Below, one piece after another: positions 1 to 12,400 of a DNA stretch of 64,000 nucleotides (its first letter is position 1; each line of letters opens with the position of its first letter). The stretch is from the NCBI GenBank assembly GCA_002104905.1, contig MCFE01000476.1:1-64000 (forward strand). Reading direction: 5' to 3'. Origin of the DNA: Basidiobolus meristosporus CBS 931.73 (Eukaryota > Fungi > Basidiobolomycota). Below the pieces are notes generated by a model. It saw nothing but the letters and a program-made list of their open reading frames with translations, was not told the DNA's origin and searched no databases. Made by a program: the position numbers and the translations under genes.

Positions 1-127
1 AGAAACTCAGCTTTGCCACAATGAATGTGATTTAGTAGTTGTCCACTGTATCTGGTGAATCTTGCCAAAGTGAAGAAGGAGCTATCCTTGCCAATTTCCT
101 TGACTTTTTGTGCCAATTACCTATTGC

Positions 128-570
128 TGTTGTTAGAGTTTTGGAGATATTGGCAGAGATTGGTAACACAAGTAGATTATGTGGTTCCTACTCAATGATT
201 TATTCAACATAAAAGTGGTATTTGTACTTTGACATGGCATTGGCAAAACACACACATACAATATGCTTAGGAAGGTCTAAAGTGCATGCTTGCAAAGATT
301 GGGAATGTTCGGGCAACCTACCAATATCACATGTTATGGGTACCTGGTGTTTTGGTGCAACTATTCCAAGTGAATCCTAACAAGAAATTTGGCCAGATTT
401 ATTTAAGTGACCAGTTTAGGTGAATATTTAGGTGTGATTACAAATGTACAATACTCCTCAAGAAAAAATTCTTATCATCTAGTCACAATTGCCATCTAAG
501 ATATTCAAATGCAACTCCTGCCAATGGTTGTATGCATTGTAAACTTTGTAATTATACCTAAATGATTGCC
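128..570 (-). mobile_element. Degenerate 3' end of a Copia-A element (LTR 128-453, PPT-like tract, RNase H tail)
   Basis: Homologous to 2472-2940; starts TGTTGT and ends TACAATA (CA>TA), followed by CTCCTC and a decayed pol C-terminus. Confidence 0.6.
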
Positions 571-574
571 TAGT

Positions 575-1640
575 CTAGTCACCTAGATTGCAGTCTACAA
601 GTTTCACAGATCTCTGACCAAATTCCTTGTTTGGATTTACTTGGAATTTTTCCACCAAAACATCAAGTACCCTGAACATGAATTCTTGATAAGTTGTACA
701 AACAGCCCCAAATTTTGCACAAATGCACAAACTGTTGTAAAAATTTGTATTTCCACCTAAATATTCACCTAACTTAGTCACTTAGATCATTACCTTCAAA
801 TCCTTAAAAAATACTGACCAAATTCCTTGTCGGGATTTACTTAGAATATTTTCACCAAACTACCAGGTACCCAGAACATGAAAATTCTCAAAGTTGTCCA
901 AACAGCCCCAAACTTTGCACACATGCTCTTGGGACCTTCCTTAACCTATTCTACGTGTTTGTTATGCCAAGACCAGGTAAAAGTATAAATACTACTTTTA
1001 CAATTAATAAATCATTAAGTGAAAAACACATAATCTACTTATTCTCCAAATCACTTCCAATATCTCCAAGACTCTTACAACACAAACAACCTTTCTATAT
1101 ATATCCTTTGTGCCTGTTTTGCCACAACCATGTATAAATACAAACACACTTTATATTTAATGAATCATCAAGCGCAAACTCATTCTCTATTTATTCTCCC
1201 AATCACTTCCAATATCTCTAATACTCTTACAAAAGGCTATGAGACCCAAGCTGTCACTCTGCGGAGTGACCATTATTGCATTTACTGGAGCATTTCCCTC
1301 TACTCAACAGTTGGACAGTTCCAACTACCAAGTCTAGAAGGTGAAGATGAAGATGCTGATGCAGGAAAGTTGCCTCTGGGATGTTGTCCTGGGAGAGGAA
1401 TGCCCTCACAAAGGTGTAGGGATAGAAGTCTTAAAGCACTAGAAGAAGCAACAAAGTTCCTTTAATCTCATTTGTCTTGATGCCCACCATAGGAAACTTA
1501 ATTGTGATGATTGTTGCATCCAAAAGAAAATGTAATCAAGCTCATGAATGGATTAACCTCTGTGAAAAATCTTAAACTTGGGATTCATCTAATTTTTAGC
1601 TGGCATTCTGACGGTGTTTTGCTGGTATTCAGTTGGTGTT
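575..1640 (+). mobile_element. Degenerate Copia-A 5' LTR, PBS and gag fragment, interrupted by a younger solo LTR
   Basis: LTR remnant ends at 1234, PBS-like GGCTATGAGACCC from 1235, then decayed gag similar to the reverse complement of 6500-6800. Confidence 0.65.
733..1082 (+). repeat. Copia-A solo LTR (350 bp), TSD CAAAC
   Basis: TGTTGT...ACAACA termini; CAAAC at 728-732 and 1083-1087; near-identical to the LTRs at 2472 and 6809. Confidence 0.92.
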
Positions 1641-2471
1641 TTTGGTTCAAATTTCAAATGCAATTTTTAATTGAGGTAATGGGTAGCTCATGACCAAGTT
1701 TGGTGTGGATGCTAGTTGGCCTGGTCTCCTCCTGGAGAATTTGCTTGCTTGCCTGCCCATCAGCTAACAACAGAAATATCAAGAGTTGTCAATTTGGAGA
1801 AACTTAAAATTCAGCTGATATCATGATGGTATTTTGCTGGCCTTTTCTTAATTTTTTTTCTTAGGGGTTTAACTGAACTATTGTCAGAGAGTGGCAGAAA
1901 TATTAGTAGAGAGATTCTGGTCCAATACTGGTCCTGTAAATAGCTGGGTTTGGCTATAATGGCAATGGAGTTGGTTTGCAATGAAGGCAAGGCTTGGTGT
2001 TCCTAGGAGTACTAGATATGCTAGGCTTGGGTAGAAACTAGAATGGAATTATTCAATTCTTAATTTTGCGGAGACACAACCCCTATGAAAAGTAATTTGG
2101 TCCCATGGGTGGATCCACTCCAGATCAGCCATCAAGATTCTGTCAGGAGACCACTATAATACCAGCAGCTTGGAATTAATGACCATCTACACAATCTTTT
2201 GCCAGGATTAGAACAGTGTTTGGCTAATTTTACAGCCAAATAAAGTTGAAAAACATAATAGTGTTTGTACAGTAATTTGCCAAGGGTGGGATGGCATTGT
2301 TGTGCTCTACAACCGTTTGAGTGGATCTAACTGGCCAGTACATCCAATTGCCTTATAAGGCAAAAAACTTGACAGTGTTTTGGCAGTAACTTTTCAAGCC
2401 TCTGATGGCATTATCATGGCAGTATGGTAGCCTACAGCTTGTTCTGTATGATGCTACTGTACTAATTTACC

Positions 2472-2821
2472 TGTTGTAAGAGTCTTGGAGATATTGGAAG
2501 TGATTGGGAGAACAAGTAGATTATGTGGTTTTCACTTAATGATTTATTGATTGTAGAAGTAGTATTTATACTTTTACCTAGTCTTGGCATAACAAACACG
2601 TAGAATAGGTTAAGGAAGGTCCCAAGAACATGTGTGCAAAGTTTGGGGCTGTTTGGACAACTTTGAGAATTTTCATGTTCTGGGTACCTGGTATTTTGGT
2701 GAAAATATTCTAAGTAAATCCCGACAAGGAATTTGGTCAGTATTTTTTAAGGATTTGAAGGTAATGATCTAAGTGACTAAGTTAGGTGAATATTTAGGTG
2801 GAAATACGAATTTTTACAACA
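2472..2821 (-). repeat. Copia-A1 3' LTR
   Basis: Direct repeat of 6809-7157; adjacent polypurine tract CTGAGTGGGAG (minus strand, 2822-2832). Confidence 0.95.
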
Positions 2822-2832
2822 CTCCCACTCAG

Positions 2833-5800
2833 CTAAATGTTCATACTGACTAGTCCTAATTTTGACCTAAGATATTCAAACTTGTCTCTAGCTAATGGTT
2901 TGGTAAATATGTCTGCAATCATTTCATCTGTAGGACAGTAAACTAAGCTAACTAAGTTATTCTCTATAGCTTCACGTATGAAATGATGTCTAATATCTAT
3001 GTGCTTGGTTCTAGCATGAAAAGTTGGATTTCTACCTAATTGTATACATCCTTGATTATCTTGAAATAAAGTAATAGGCGTTTTTTGACATAGGCCTAAA
3101 TCTGTAAAGAGCTTTCTTAGCCACATTGCTTCTTTTGTAGCTTCACAAGCTGCCCTATACTCTGCCTCTGTAGTAGAAAGTGCTACGGTTGGTTGCTTTC
3201 TTGAATTCCATGAAATTGCTCCTTTACAGTAAAGAAAGGTATATCCTGTGGTGGATCTTCTGTCTTCCAAATTTTGTCCCCAATCTGCATCAGAGTATCC
3301 CACAAGATCTTGTTCTGAGTCCTTATAAGTGTATCTTAAGCAAATATCAGCAGTTCCTTTTAGGTATCTAAAAATCCGCTTAACTGCTGCAATATGATCA
3401 GATCCATAGTTCTGATTATGTTGGCTGACAACTCCCACTGAATATGAGATATCTGGACGTGTTCCAAGCATGATATACATCAGACTGCCGACCATAGATT
3501 GATAAGGAAAGTCAGGGCTTTCAGATGGCACCATGCTCTCTTGATTTGGTTGAGTTTTGACCAAGTTAAGGTTTGTCTCCATTGGGGTAGCTGCCGGTTT
3601 ACAGTCTTCCATTTTGTACTTCTCTAGTATATCTTGAATATACTTGGATTGGCTTAGGGTAATAGTCTGGGTACTTCTGTCTATGGAGAACTTAATCCCT
3701 AAGTAGTAACTGAGTTCTCCTAGATCGGACATCTTGAACTCCTTGGATAGGCTGGATTTAGTCTCTTCCAATGTTTCTAGGTTATTTGCGGCTATAATAA
3801 GATCATCCACATATAGAGCTAATAGAACTGGATTTGCTCTATCTGGCTTATAGTATATATTATAGTCAGCATTACTCCTTTTGAAACTCAATGATTCCAA
3901 ATAAGAATCTATCTTGCAATTCCAGGCTCTCGGTGATTGTTTGAGACCATATAGTGACTTTTTAAGCTTGCAGACCAAATGGGGGTTATCTTGGTCAACA
4001 AACCCATCAGGCTGGTCCATATACACGTCCTCATCAAGTTCTCCATTCAAAAATGCAGTTTTTACATCCATTTGATGAATAAAAAACTTATATTTGGCTG
4101 CAATAGCCAATATTAATCTGATGGAATTAAACTTGGCTACAGGTGCAAAGGTCTCAGTATAGTCAAGTCCTTTTGTTTAAGAGTATCCTTTGGCTACAAG
4201 TCTTGCTTTGTATCTTTCAATTGTACCATCAGCCTTGTACTTTGTCTTAAAGACCCATCTGCATCCAATTGATTTTCGGTTGATTGGTAATTTGACTAAG
4301 TCCCAAGTTTGATTTTCCATCAGGGCCTGATATTCCTCCGTCATTGCAGATCTCCAAAACTTTGTCTGAGGGCTATTTAGGGCCTCTTTTACAGTCTGGG
4401 GTTCATCAATATGGACTGAATAGGCATAGGCTAAGTTTGTACCCTCATTGATATAGTAATTTGGGCTATTTCTTGTCCGATTGGATCTCTGGGCATTTGA
4501 TACTGGAATGATCACTTCTGGGATATTCCTGGGCACTGATTCTGGCTGAACCACGGTTGTAGAGTCCTCTGGAGTGAAAAAATTTTCATTGTTTTGCTCT
4601 GATTCAATCCTGAAAATTGGTGGACTTGAGATCAAATTTTTCGTCATCATCTGATGTCATTTTTTGTGAAAATCTTGAATTTTCATCAAACAACACATCC
4701 CTGGACTTGATCAGCTTCTTTGCTTTGGTATTGTAGAGTCTGTATGCCTTACTCTCATTGCAGTAGCCCAAAAATATGCATTTTACACTTTTTGGCTCAA
4801 ATTTTGACTGATTTCCGGCCAGTTTTTTGGCATATGCTGTACACCCAAATATTCTTAGATGTTCTGCACTTGGTCTGTATCCATACCATGCTTCAAATGG
4901 AGTAGAATCACGAAGTATTCTGTTTTAACTCCTATTTTTAAGGTATACAGCAGTGTCAACTGATTCCGCCCAAAAATCATAGGATAATTTTTGATCATGG
5001 ATCATAGATCTTGCCATATCAATTATTGATCTGTTAGCTCGTTCTGCTACTCCATTTTGCTGTGGGGAGTATGGTACAGTAGTCTCTTGCTTTATCCCAT
5101 GAATTTTGCAGAAGTGGATGAAGAGTTTTGAGGTATATTCTCCACCATTGTCAGATCATATTTTCTTGATTTTTCACCAGTTTCTCTCTCCACCATGGCT
5201 TTAAACTCCCTGAACTTAGACAGAGCTTCTTCCTTTCTCTCCATGAAGTAGACCCATGTGTATCTTGTATAATCATCAATAAAAGTGATTAAATACTTCA
5301 TCCCGCCTAAGGATAAATTTTGCATAGGTCCACACAGATCTGAGTGAATTAGATCTAATTTTTTCTTAGTTTTGATTAACCCAGAGCTCTTGAACGGTTG
5401 TCTGGCTTGTTTCCCATATATGCAGGCTTCACAGTGCTCCAAAATAGCTGGGGGATCAATTTTCACTCCAGAAATTAGCTGATCTTTGATCATTTTGCGC
5501 AAATAATCAAAATTGATGTGCCCAAATCTCCTGTGCCAAAGCATTGGTGTTTCTTCATTTAAGTTACTTATATTGGCTTCCAGATATGATGGAATATAAG
5601 TCAACTTGTATAGATTCTGATCTCTGATGCCCGAAGCAATATGAGCACCATTTTGATCAGTGATCCTGCATCCAGAATTGTCAAAACTGAAACTGAGTCC
5701 TTCTGCTGTGGCCTTGCTTACAGAGAGTAGGTTCTTGGCTATTTCTGGTACATAGAGTACTTCTTTAAAGGTCAGTGTATGGCTTCCTTCACTGCTTCTA

Positions 5801-6927
5801 AGGTTTACTTGGATAGTTCCTTCTCCCACTGCATCAAGTGTTCTATCGTCACCCATGAAAACCTTCTTAATTGGAATTTCTTGATATTGGGTAAAAAGTT
5901 CTTTTTGGTGTGTAAAGTGTTGAGAAGCTCCAGAGTCAATATACCATGTCTGAGAATCCTTGTTTGTGGTCATATTTAGTGCAGATATGAATAGTCTATC
6001 TTCAGTTGTTGCAGCATTTCCATATTCAGGCTTCTTTTGCTGATAATCTCTCTTTTTGAAACACTGGTCTGATGTGTGTCCTTTCCTTTTGCAGTAGTTG
6101 CAAAATAGGTTACTGTGGCCTTTGTAGGGTCTTGGGTACCTCCTTTGTTGGTTATCATTGCTTATTAAAGCATTTTCTTCTTCCTTCTTATTGGCGCTTG
6201 ATTTTCTTAATTCTTCATCCAGGAGCCTTCCATATACGTAATTTAAGGTCAAATCTTCAGTTCTGGACTCTAGGGCTGATACAAGGCCCTGAAACTTGTC
6301 TGTCAGGCTATTCAGGATAGTAACTATCACATCCTCATCAGTAGTTGGTATGCCCACAGATTCCATCTCATCTACCAGCAGGGTTATTCTGTTAATTAGA
6401 TTTTTCATTTCTTCTCCTGGCAGCATCTTTGTAGTAAAGAATTTTCTTCTCAGATACATTTTCTTGGCAGCTGAACATGACTGGTAGGTGTCTTCTAATG
6501 CCTTCCAGGCATTCTTTGCCGTTTTTGCTCTTGAGCATTGAATTAGCAATTTGTCCTTGACATTAAGGCAAATGCAGTTAAAGGCACTTTGTTCTTTCTT
6601 CTGGTACTTCAAGGCTTCCTCTCCCATGTTTTTAGGAGGGCATACTTCTCCCATGACAATATCCCAAAGGCCTCTTTCTTGTAGCAGCATCTTCATCTTC
6701 ACCTTCCACACTTGGTAGTTAGATCCATCCAACTTTTCAGCAGAGGGAAAAATTCCAGTAATAGCAGTAGTAGACATTGCAGAGAGTGATAGCTTGGGGC
6801 TCATAACCTGTTGTAAGAGTCTTGGAGATATTGGAAGTGATTGGGAGAACAAGTAAATTATGTGGTTTTCACTTAACGATTTATTGATTGTAGAAGTAGT
6901 ATTTATACTTTTACCTAGTCTTGGCAT
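2833..6927 (-). pseudogene. Copia gag-pol polyprotein (CCHC knuckle, protease, integrase, RT, RNase H), disrupted
   Basis: Motifs CNYCKRKGHTSDQC, WYIDSGASQH, HRRFGH...CEAC, IHSDLCGP, QMDVKTAFLNG, LYVDDL, GYSDADWG, TKHIDIRHHF. At least two 1-nt indels (about 5172 and 4640) and three premature stops (5156-5158, 4925-4927, 4177-4179). Confidence 0.95.
6796..6808 (-). promoter_or_regulatory. Primer-binding site GGTTATGAGCCCC (complementary to the anticodon arm of initiator tRNA-Met)
   Basis: Directly abuts the 5' LTR; same type as the Ty5 and Drosophila copia PBS. Confidence 0.85.
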
Positions 6928-7157
6928 AACAAACACGTAGAATAGGTTAAGGAAGGTCCCAAGAACATGTGTGCAAAGTTTGGGGCTGTTTGGACAACTT
7001 TGAGAATTTTCATGTTCTGGGTACCTGGTATTTTGGTGAAAATATTCTAAGTAAATCCCGACAAGGAATTTGGTCAGTATTCTTTAGGATTTGAAGGTAA
7101 TGATCCAAGTGACTAAGTTAGGTGAATATTTAGGTGGAAATACGAATTTTTACAACA
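6809..7157 (-). repeat. Copia-A1 5' LTR
   Basis: Direct repeat of 2472-2821, immediately followed by the PBS. Confidence 0.95.
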
Positions 7158-9466
7158 TTACAAAATGGTATTTCCTTTTTCTACCTCTGCTTGTGCAATT
7201 CACATATTCTTCTGTAGAATTATCCCTCTTTATTTGCTTACCCACTACTACCTTGGGCATTTTGCATATAGTTTAAATCAAAAAGTACTATGGCCTACTG
7301 TTTACCAACCACTACAAACATGCGCACCTACCAGAATTGAAATATGTCTATCACCTCAACTCTACAGCTTTTTAGTGTGATACTTGCAAAGTTGCCATGT
7401 ACCTTGTATTGCTGGTACCATATATATCTAGCAAGCATATGCTTAGTTGCCACCACTTCTGCCATGAATATCCATAAAGAACTTCTTGGTATTTAGCCAA
7501 TATATTCCTTCTCCCTACTGGTTTCTAGTCCCCCTTATAGGTGCATTCTAGCTCTTGTTTGTATGAATTCCATATTGAATGGTGTAGAAATTGGCTGGTG
7601 ACCAAGAGAAATCCAGCATACCTTGGTAGAGTTTTCCTAATAGAAATTAGATGCTTGTTGCACCCAACCCAACTTTGCATTACTCCACTGATTAACCATG
7701 CATGGGGCTGCTAAGCTTCTTAATGCAATAGGCATAGGTGTCTCCATGTGCACATCTGTCCTCAGTACTTCCAACTCTTCCTGGCTGTCCTCCATGTGCC
7801 AATTCATCACATCCATGATGGACTTAAAGGTAATATTTTTGATGAGATTGGGATATGGTAGTACCTGCAACTTAACTTGTCTTCCTATCTCCCCACGTAT
7901 CTGCTCCATAGGAAATTCCCAAAGGTGCAGCAAGGTCCAATATTCTCCACACACTAAGCAAGATGGAGTAGCAAATTGATACAGTAGTGGCAGAGATCCA
8001 TACATTTAGCTTTATGTTTGTAGTATAGGGGCTCAAATCCTATCACAAACTCTTCACAGCTGTAGCTGCATAAAGTTGGCATTGGTGATCTGCTTCCAGA
8101 TCAATATTTGTACAATGTCCACATTTGACTCCCAATGCTTCCAATGTACTCTTGGTAGAAATGGCTTCAGAAGGCCACTTGAATAAATACATATCTAGTT
8201 CATCCAGTCCTTGCACTTGTATTGTTGCATATGAGTATGAATATTGATTGGAGCCTGTGAGAAGTACTTAGAGTAGCAGCTACTCTGTAATATCTTGCCA
8301 ATTCTTTCAAATTTCTCAGGTATCTCAAAGGGCTCCTTGAGCTTGAAATGCCCCATGTACAACTTGGTCATCAGTATAGGGATATTATTCAAAAGCAAAT
8401 GCATTGCCCCCAATGGAAAGCTTTTGCTCTGACAGATACCCTCTATTTCAAGTACCTCCAGTTTACAATATATTCCATATTCTGGTCAATGGCTTATAGC
8501 TTGCCAACTTTGTTGCAATTGTGTGCCAACCTCTGTATGTTCTCTCTGCAGAAAGATGATGCTCTCAGTGTTGGTGTTTGGGTAATAATAATATGTGTGA
8601 GTTATGGAGTAAGTCCCCTGGATCTTACACATTTGATAGCAATACCATCCATTGTGCCCAGAAAAGCCATCTATCTCACTGATGGCCAGGGTATCTCCAA
8701 TACAGACAATAATATGCACATTGACATGATGGCCATTTACTGTTATCCTGCTGGAAAGAATACAACATTCATCCAGCAATAGATACAGGCAGCTATCCAG
8801 GTTGGATGGTGATTTAGGCCCAGATACCAGTGAGACTACCATCAGATTTCTGCTCTGGTGCTGTAAGATGAACGGAAAATTCAGGTTGATGAGAATCAGT
8901 GGCCAGCAGGATTTCCTGGTAGAGTACTTGCTTAATAAGAATCCATCAAGTGCCAAGGCAAAGGCATAGTCATATATACCTTCAAAATAGCCCTTGCTTC
9001 TTAGGTGTTTGTAATATTTGCCATCAAATATATTGGATATGTTTGTGCTTGATTGATACCAAGTGCAGTCTTAATAGCTTCACAATATTTGTCAGAATGC
9101 ATGAGCTTCTTTAGAGAGGGTATTACTGGAATATATCCAGAGTGTGAACAATGTTTTCACTCAATGGTGGCATTTTTTGATGTGAGTGCCATGCAACTGT
9201 TAACAAATGCTGGTATGCAGATGGTCTCTGAGTCATATGTTGCCAGCTGCATGACAATTGTCCATTCATACCATGTTCAGGGCATGTTGCATCCTAGAAT
9301 CATTTTGGCAAGAAGTAGTGGTAAGTCCTCAAAGCCCTAATTACTGATATTTGTGGAAACATGCCACTTCTCTAACCACAACATCACATTGTTCACCAGT
9401 AGTACAATTACTGGGCTCACTTGGCTCAATAAAGTATCCTTGATATTTTTTTCCATGGATAACATC
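7158..9466 (-). pseudogene. Decayed En/Spm tnp2-family (Transposase_21-like) transposase of CMC copy 1
   Basis: Fragments ALDGF...SCWPLILINLN...GPKSP, MHLLLNNIP, WEFPMEQIRG...PYPNL. Confidence 0.8.
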
Positions 9467-12400
9467 TGTGGTGGAAAATTTCTAATTCCACCTAAATATT
9501 CACCTGACTTAGTCACCTAGATCATAACATTCATATCTCAGGGAATACTGACCAAATTCCTTCTTGGGATTTAGCTAGAATATTTTCACCAAAATACCAG
9601 GTACCCTGAACATAAAAATTCTCAAAGTTGTCTATACAGCCCCAAACTTTGCACACAAGCTCTTGGCACCTTCCTTAGCCTATTCCATGTGATTATTTCT
9701 CTAAGACCATGTAAAAGTATAAATACTACTTTGACACTCAATAAATCATCAAGTGAAAACCATGTAATCTACATGTTCTCCCAATCACCTCCAATATCGC
9801 CAAAACTCTTACAACAGGTTATGAGCTCTAAGCTGTCACTCTCTGCAATGTCTACTACTGCTATTACTGGAATTTTTCCCTCTGCTGAAGAGTTAGTTGG
9901 ACCTAACTACCAAATGTGAATGGTGAAGGTGAAGATGCTGCCACAAAAAAGAGGCCTTTGGGATATTGTCATGGGAGAAGAATGATCCCCTCAATATGTG
10001 GGAGAGAAAGCCATAAAGTACCAGAAGAAAGATCAAAGTGCCTTTAACTGCATTTGCCTTAATGTTAAAGACAAATTACTAATTCAATGCTTAAGAGCAC
10101 AACTGACAAAGGATGCCTGGAAGGCATTAGAAGACACCTACCAGTAATGCTCAGCTGCCAAGAGAATGTATCTTAGACAAGAATTCTTTACTACAACAAT
10201 GCTGTCAGGAGAAGAAATGAAAAATCTAATTAACAGATTTACTCTGCTGGTGGATGAAAAGGAATCTGTGGGAATACCAACTACTGATGAGGATGTGATA
10301 GTGACCATCCTGAATAGCCTGACAGACAAGTTTCAGGACCATGTATCAGCCCTAGAGCCCAGAACAGAAGATTTGACCTTATATTATGTATATGAAAGGC
10401 TCCTGGACAAGGAATTAAGAAAATCAAGCTCCAATAAGAAGGAAGAACAAAATGCTTTCATAAACAGCATTAACCAACAAAGAAGATACCCAAGACCTTT
10501 CAAAGGCAACAGCTGTTGTAAGAGTCTTGAAGATATTGGAAGTAGATGGGAGGACAAGTAGATTCAATAGTTTTCACTTAATGATATACTGAATGCTAAA
10601 GTAGTATTTATACTTTTAGATGCTCTTGGCATGCCAAGCACGTAGAATAGGCTAAGGAAGGTCCCAAGCACATGTATGCAAAGTTTGGGGCTGTTTGCAC
10701 AGCTTTGAAAATTTTCATGTTCTGGGTACATAGTATTTGTTGAAAATATTCCAAGTAAATTACATGAAGGAATTTGAACAGTGCTCTCTAGGATTTTAAG
10801 GTAATAAGCTAGGTGACCAAGTTAAATGAGTATCTAGCTGGAATTACAAACTTTTACAACACTCCCACTCAGCTAAATGCTCATACTGACTAGTCCTAAT
10901 TTTGACCTAAGATATTCAACCTTGTCTCTAACTAATGGTTTGGTAAATATGTCTGCAATCATTCCATCTGAAGGACAGTAAACTAAGCCAACTAGGTTAT
11001 CCTCTATAGCTTCATATATGAAATGATGTCTAATATATATGTGCTTAGCTCTAGCATGAAAAGTTGGATTTCTACCTAATCATATACATCCTTGATCATC
11101 TTGAAATAAGGTAAAGGTATTTTTTTACATAGGCCTAAGTCTGTAAAAGCTTTCTTAGCCACATTGCCTCTTTTGTAGCTTCACAGGCTGCCATGTACTC
11201 TGCCTCTGTGGTAGAGAGTACCAGGGTTGGTTGCTTCCTTGAATTTCATCAAATTGCTCCTTTGCAGTGAAGAAAGGTCTATCCTGTGGTGGATCTTCTG
11301 TCTTCCATATTCTGTCCCCAATCAGCATCAGAGTATCCCACCAGATCCAGCTCTAAATACTTATAAGTGTATCTTAAGGAGATATCAGCAGTTGCTTTTA
11401 GGTATTAAAAATCCACTTAACTGCTCCAATATGATCAGATCCACAGTTCTAATGGTGCTGGCTGACATCTCCCACCAAGTATGGGATATCTGGACATGTT
11501 CCTAGCATGATATACATGAGACTTCTAACTATAGATTGATAAGGGAAGTTAGGGCTTTCAGATGGCACCAAGCTCTCTTGATTTGGCTGAGTTTTGACCA
11601 AGTTAAGGTTTGTCTCCTTTGAGGTAGCTATTGGTTTACAGTCTTTGATTTGGTACTTTCTTAGTATATCTTGAATATACTTGGATTGGCACAGGGTATA
11701 AACAGAGCCCTTCTACAGTGGCCTTGCTTACAGATAGTAGGTTTTAGACTAATTCTGGTAAATAGATTACTTCTTTCAAGGTCAGTGTATGGCTTTCTTC
11801 ACTACTTCTAAGGTTTACTTGGAGAGTTCCTTCTCCCACTGCATCAAGTGTTCTATTATTACCCTTTAAAACCTTCTTGATTGGAATTTCTTGATACTGC
11901 ATAAAAAGTACTTTTTGGTGTGTAAAGTGTTGAGATTCTCCAGAGTCAATGTACCACTTCTGAGATTCCTTGTTTGTGGCCATATTTAGTGCAGATACAA
12001 ATAGTGTATTTTCAGTTGTTGCAGTATTTCCATATTCAGGCTTCCTTTGTGGATTATCACTCTTTTTGAGACACCAGTTAAATATGTGTCCTTTCCTTTT
12101 GCTGCAGTTGCAAAACAGATTGCTATTGCCTTTGTAAGGTCTTGGATACCTACTTTATTGGTATCATTGCTTATTAAAGCATTTTCTTCTTCCTTCCTAT
12201 CGGTGCATGATTTTCTTAATTCCTCATCCAGGAGCCTTCCATACACATAATTTAAGGTCAAAACTTCAGTTCTGGGCTCTAGGGCTGACACAAGGCCCTG
12301 AAACCTGTCTGGCAGGCTATTCTGCATGGTTACCATCACATCCTCATTTGTAGTTGGTATGCCCACAGATTCCTTTTCTTCCATTGGCAGAGTAATTCTG

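Larger units (their letters stand above)
2472..7157 (-). mobile_element. Full-length Ty1/copia LTR retrotransposon (Copia-A1), 4686 bp
   Basis: Two about 350-bp LTRs with roughly 5 differences, TG...CA termini, TSD TTACC/TTACA, PBS, PPT, gene order gag-PR-INT-RT-RH. Confidence 0.97.
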
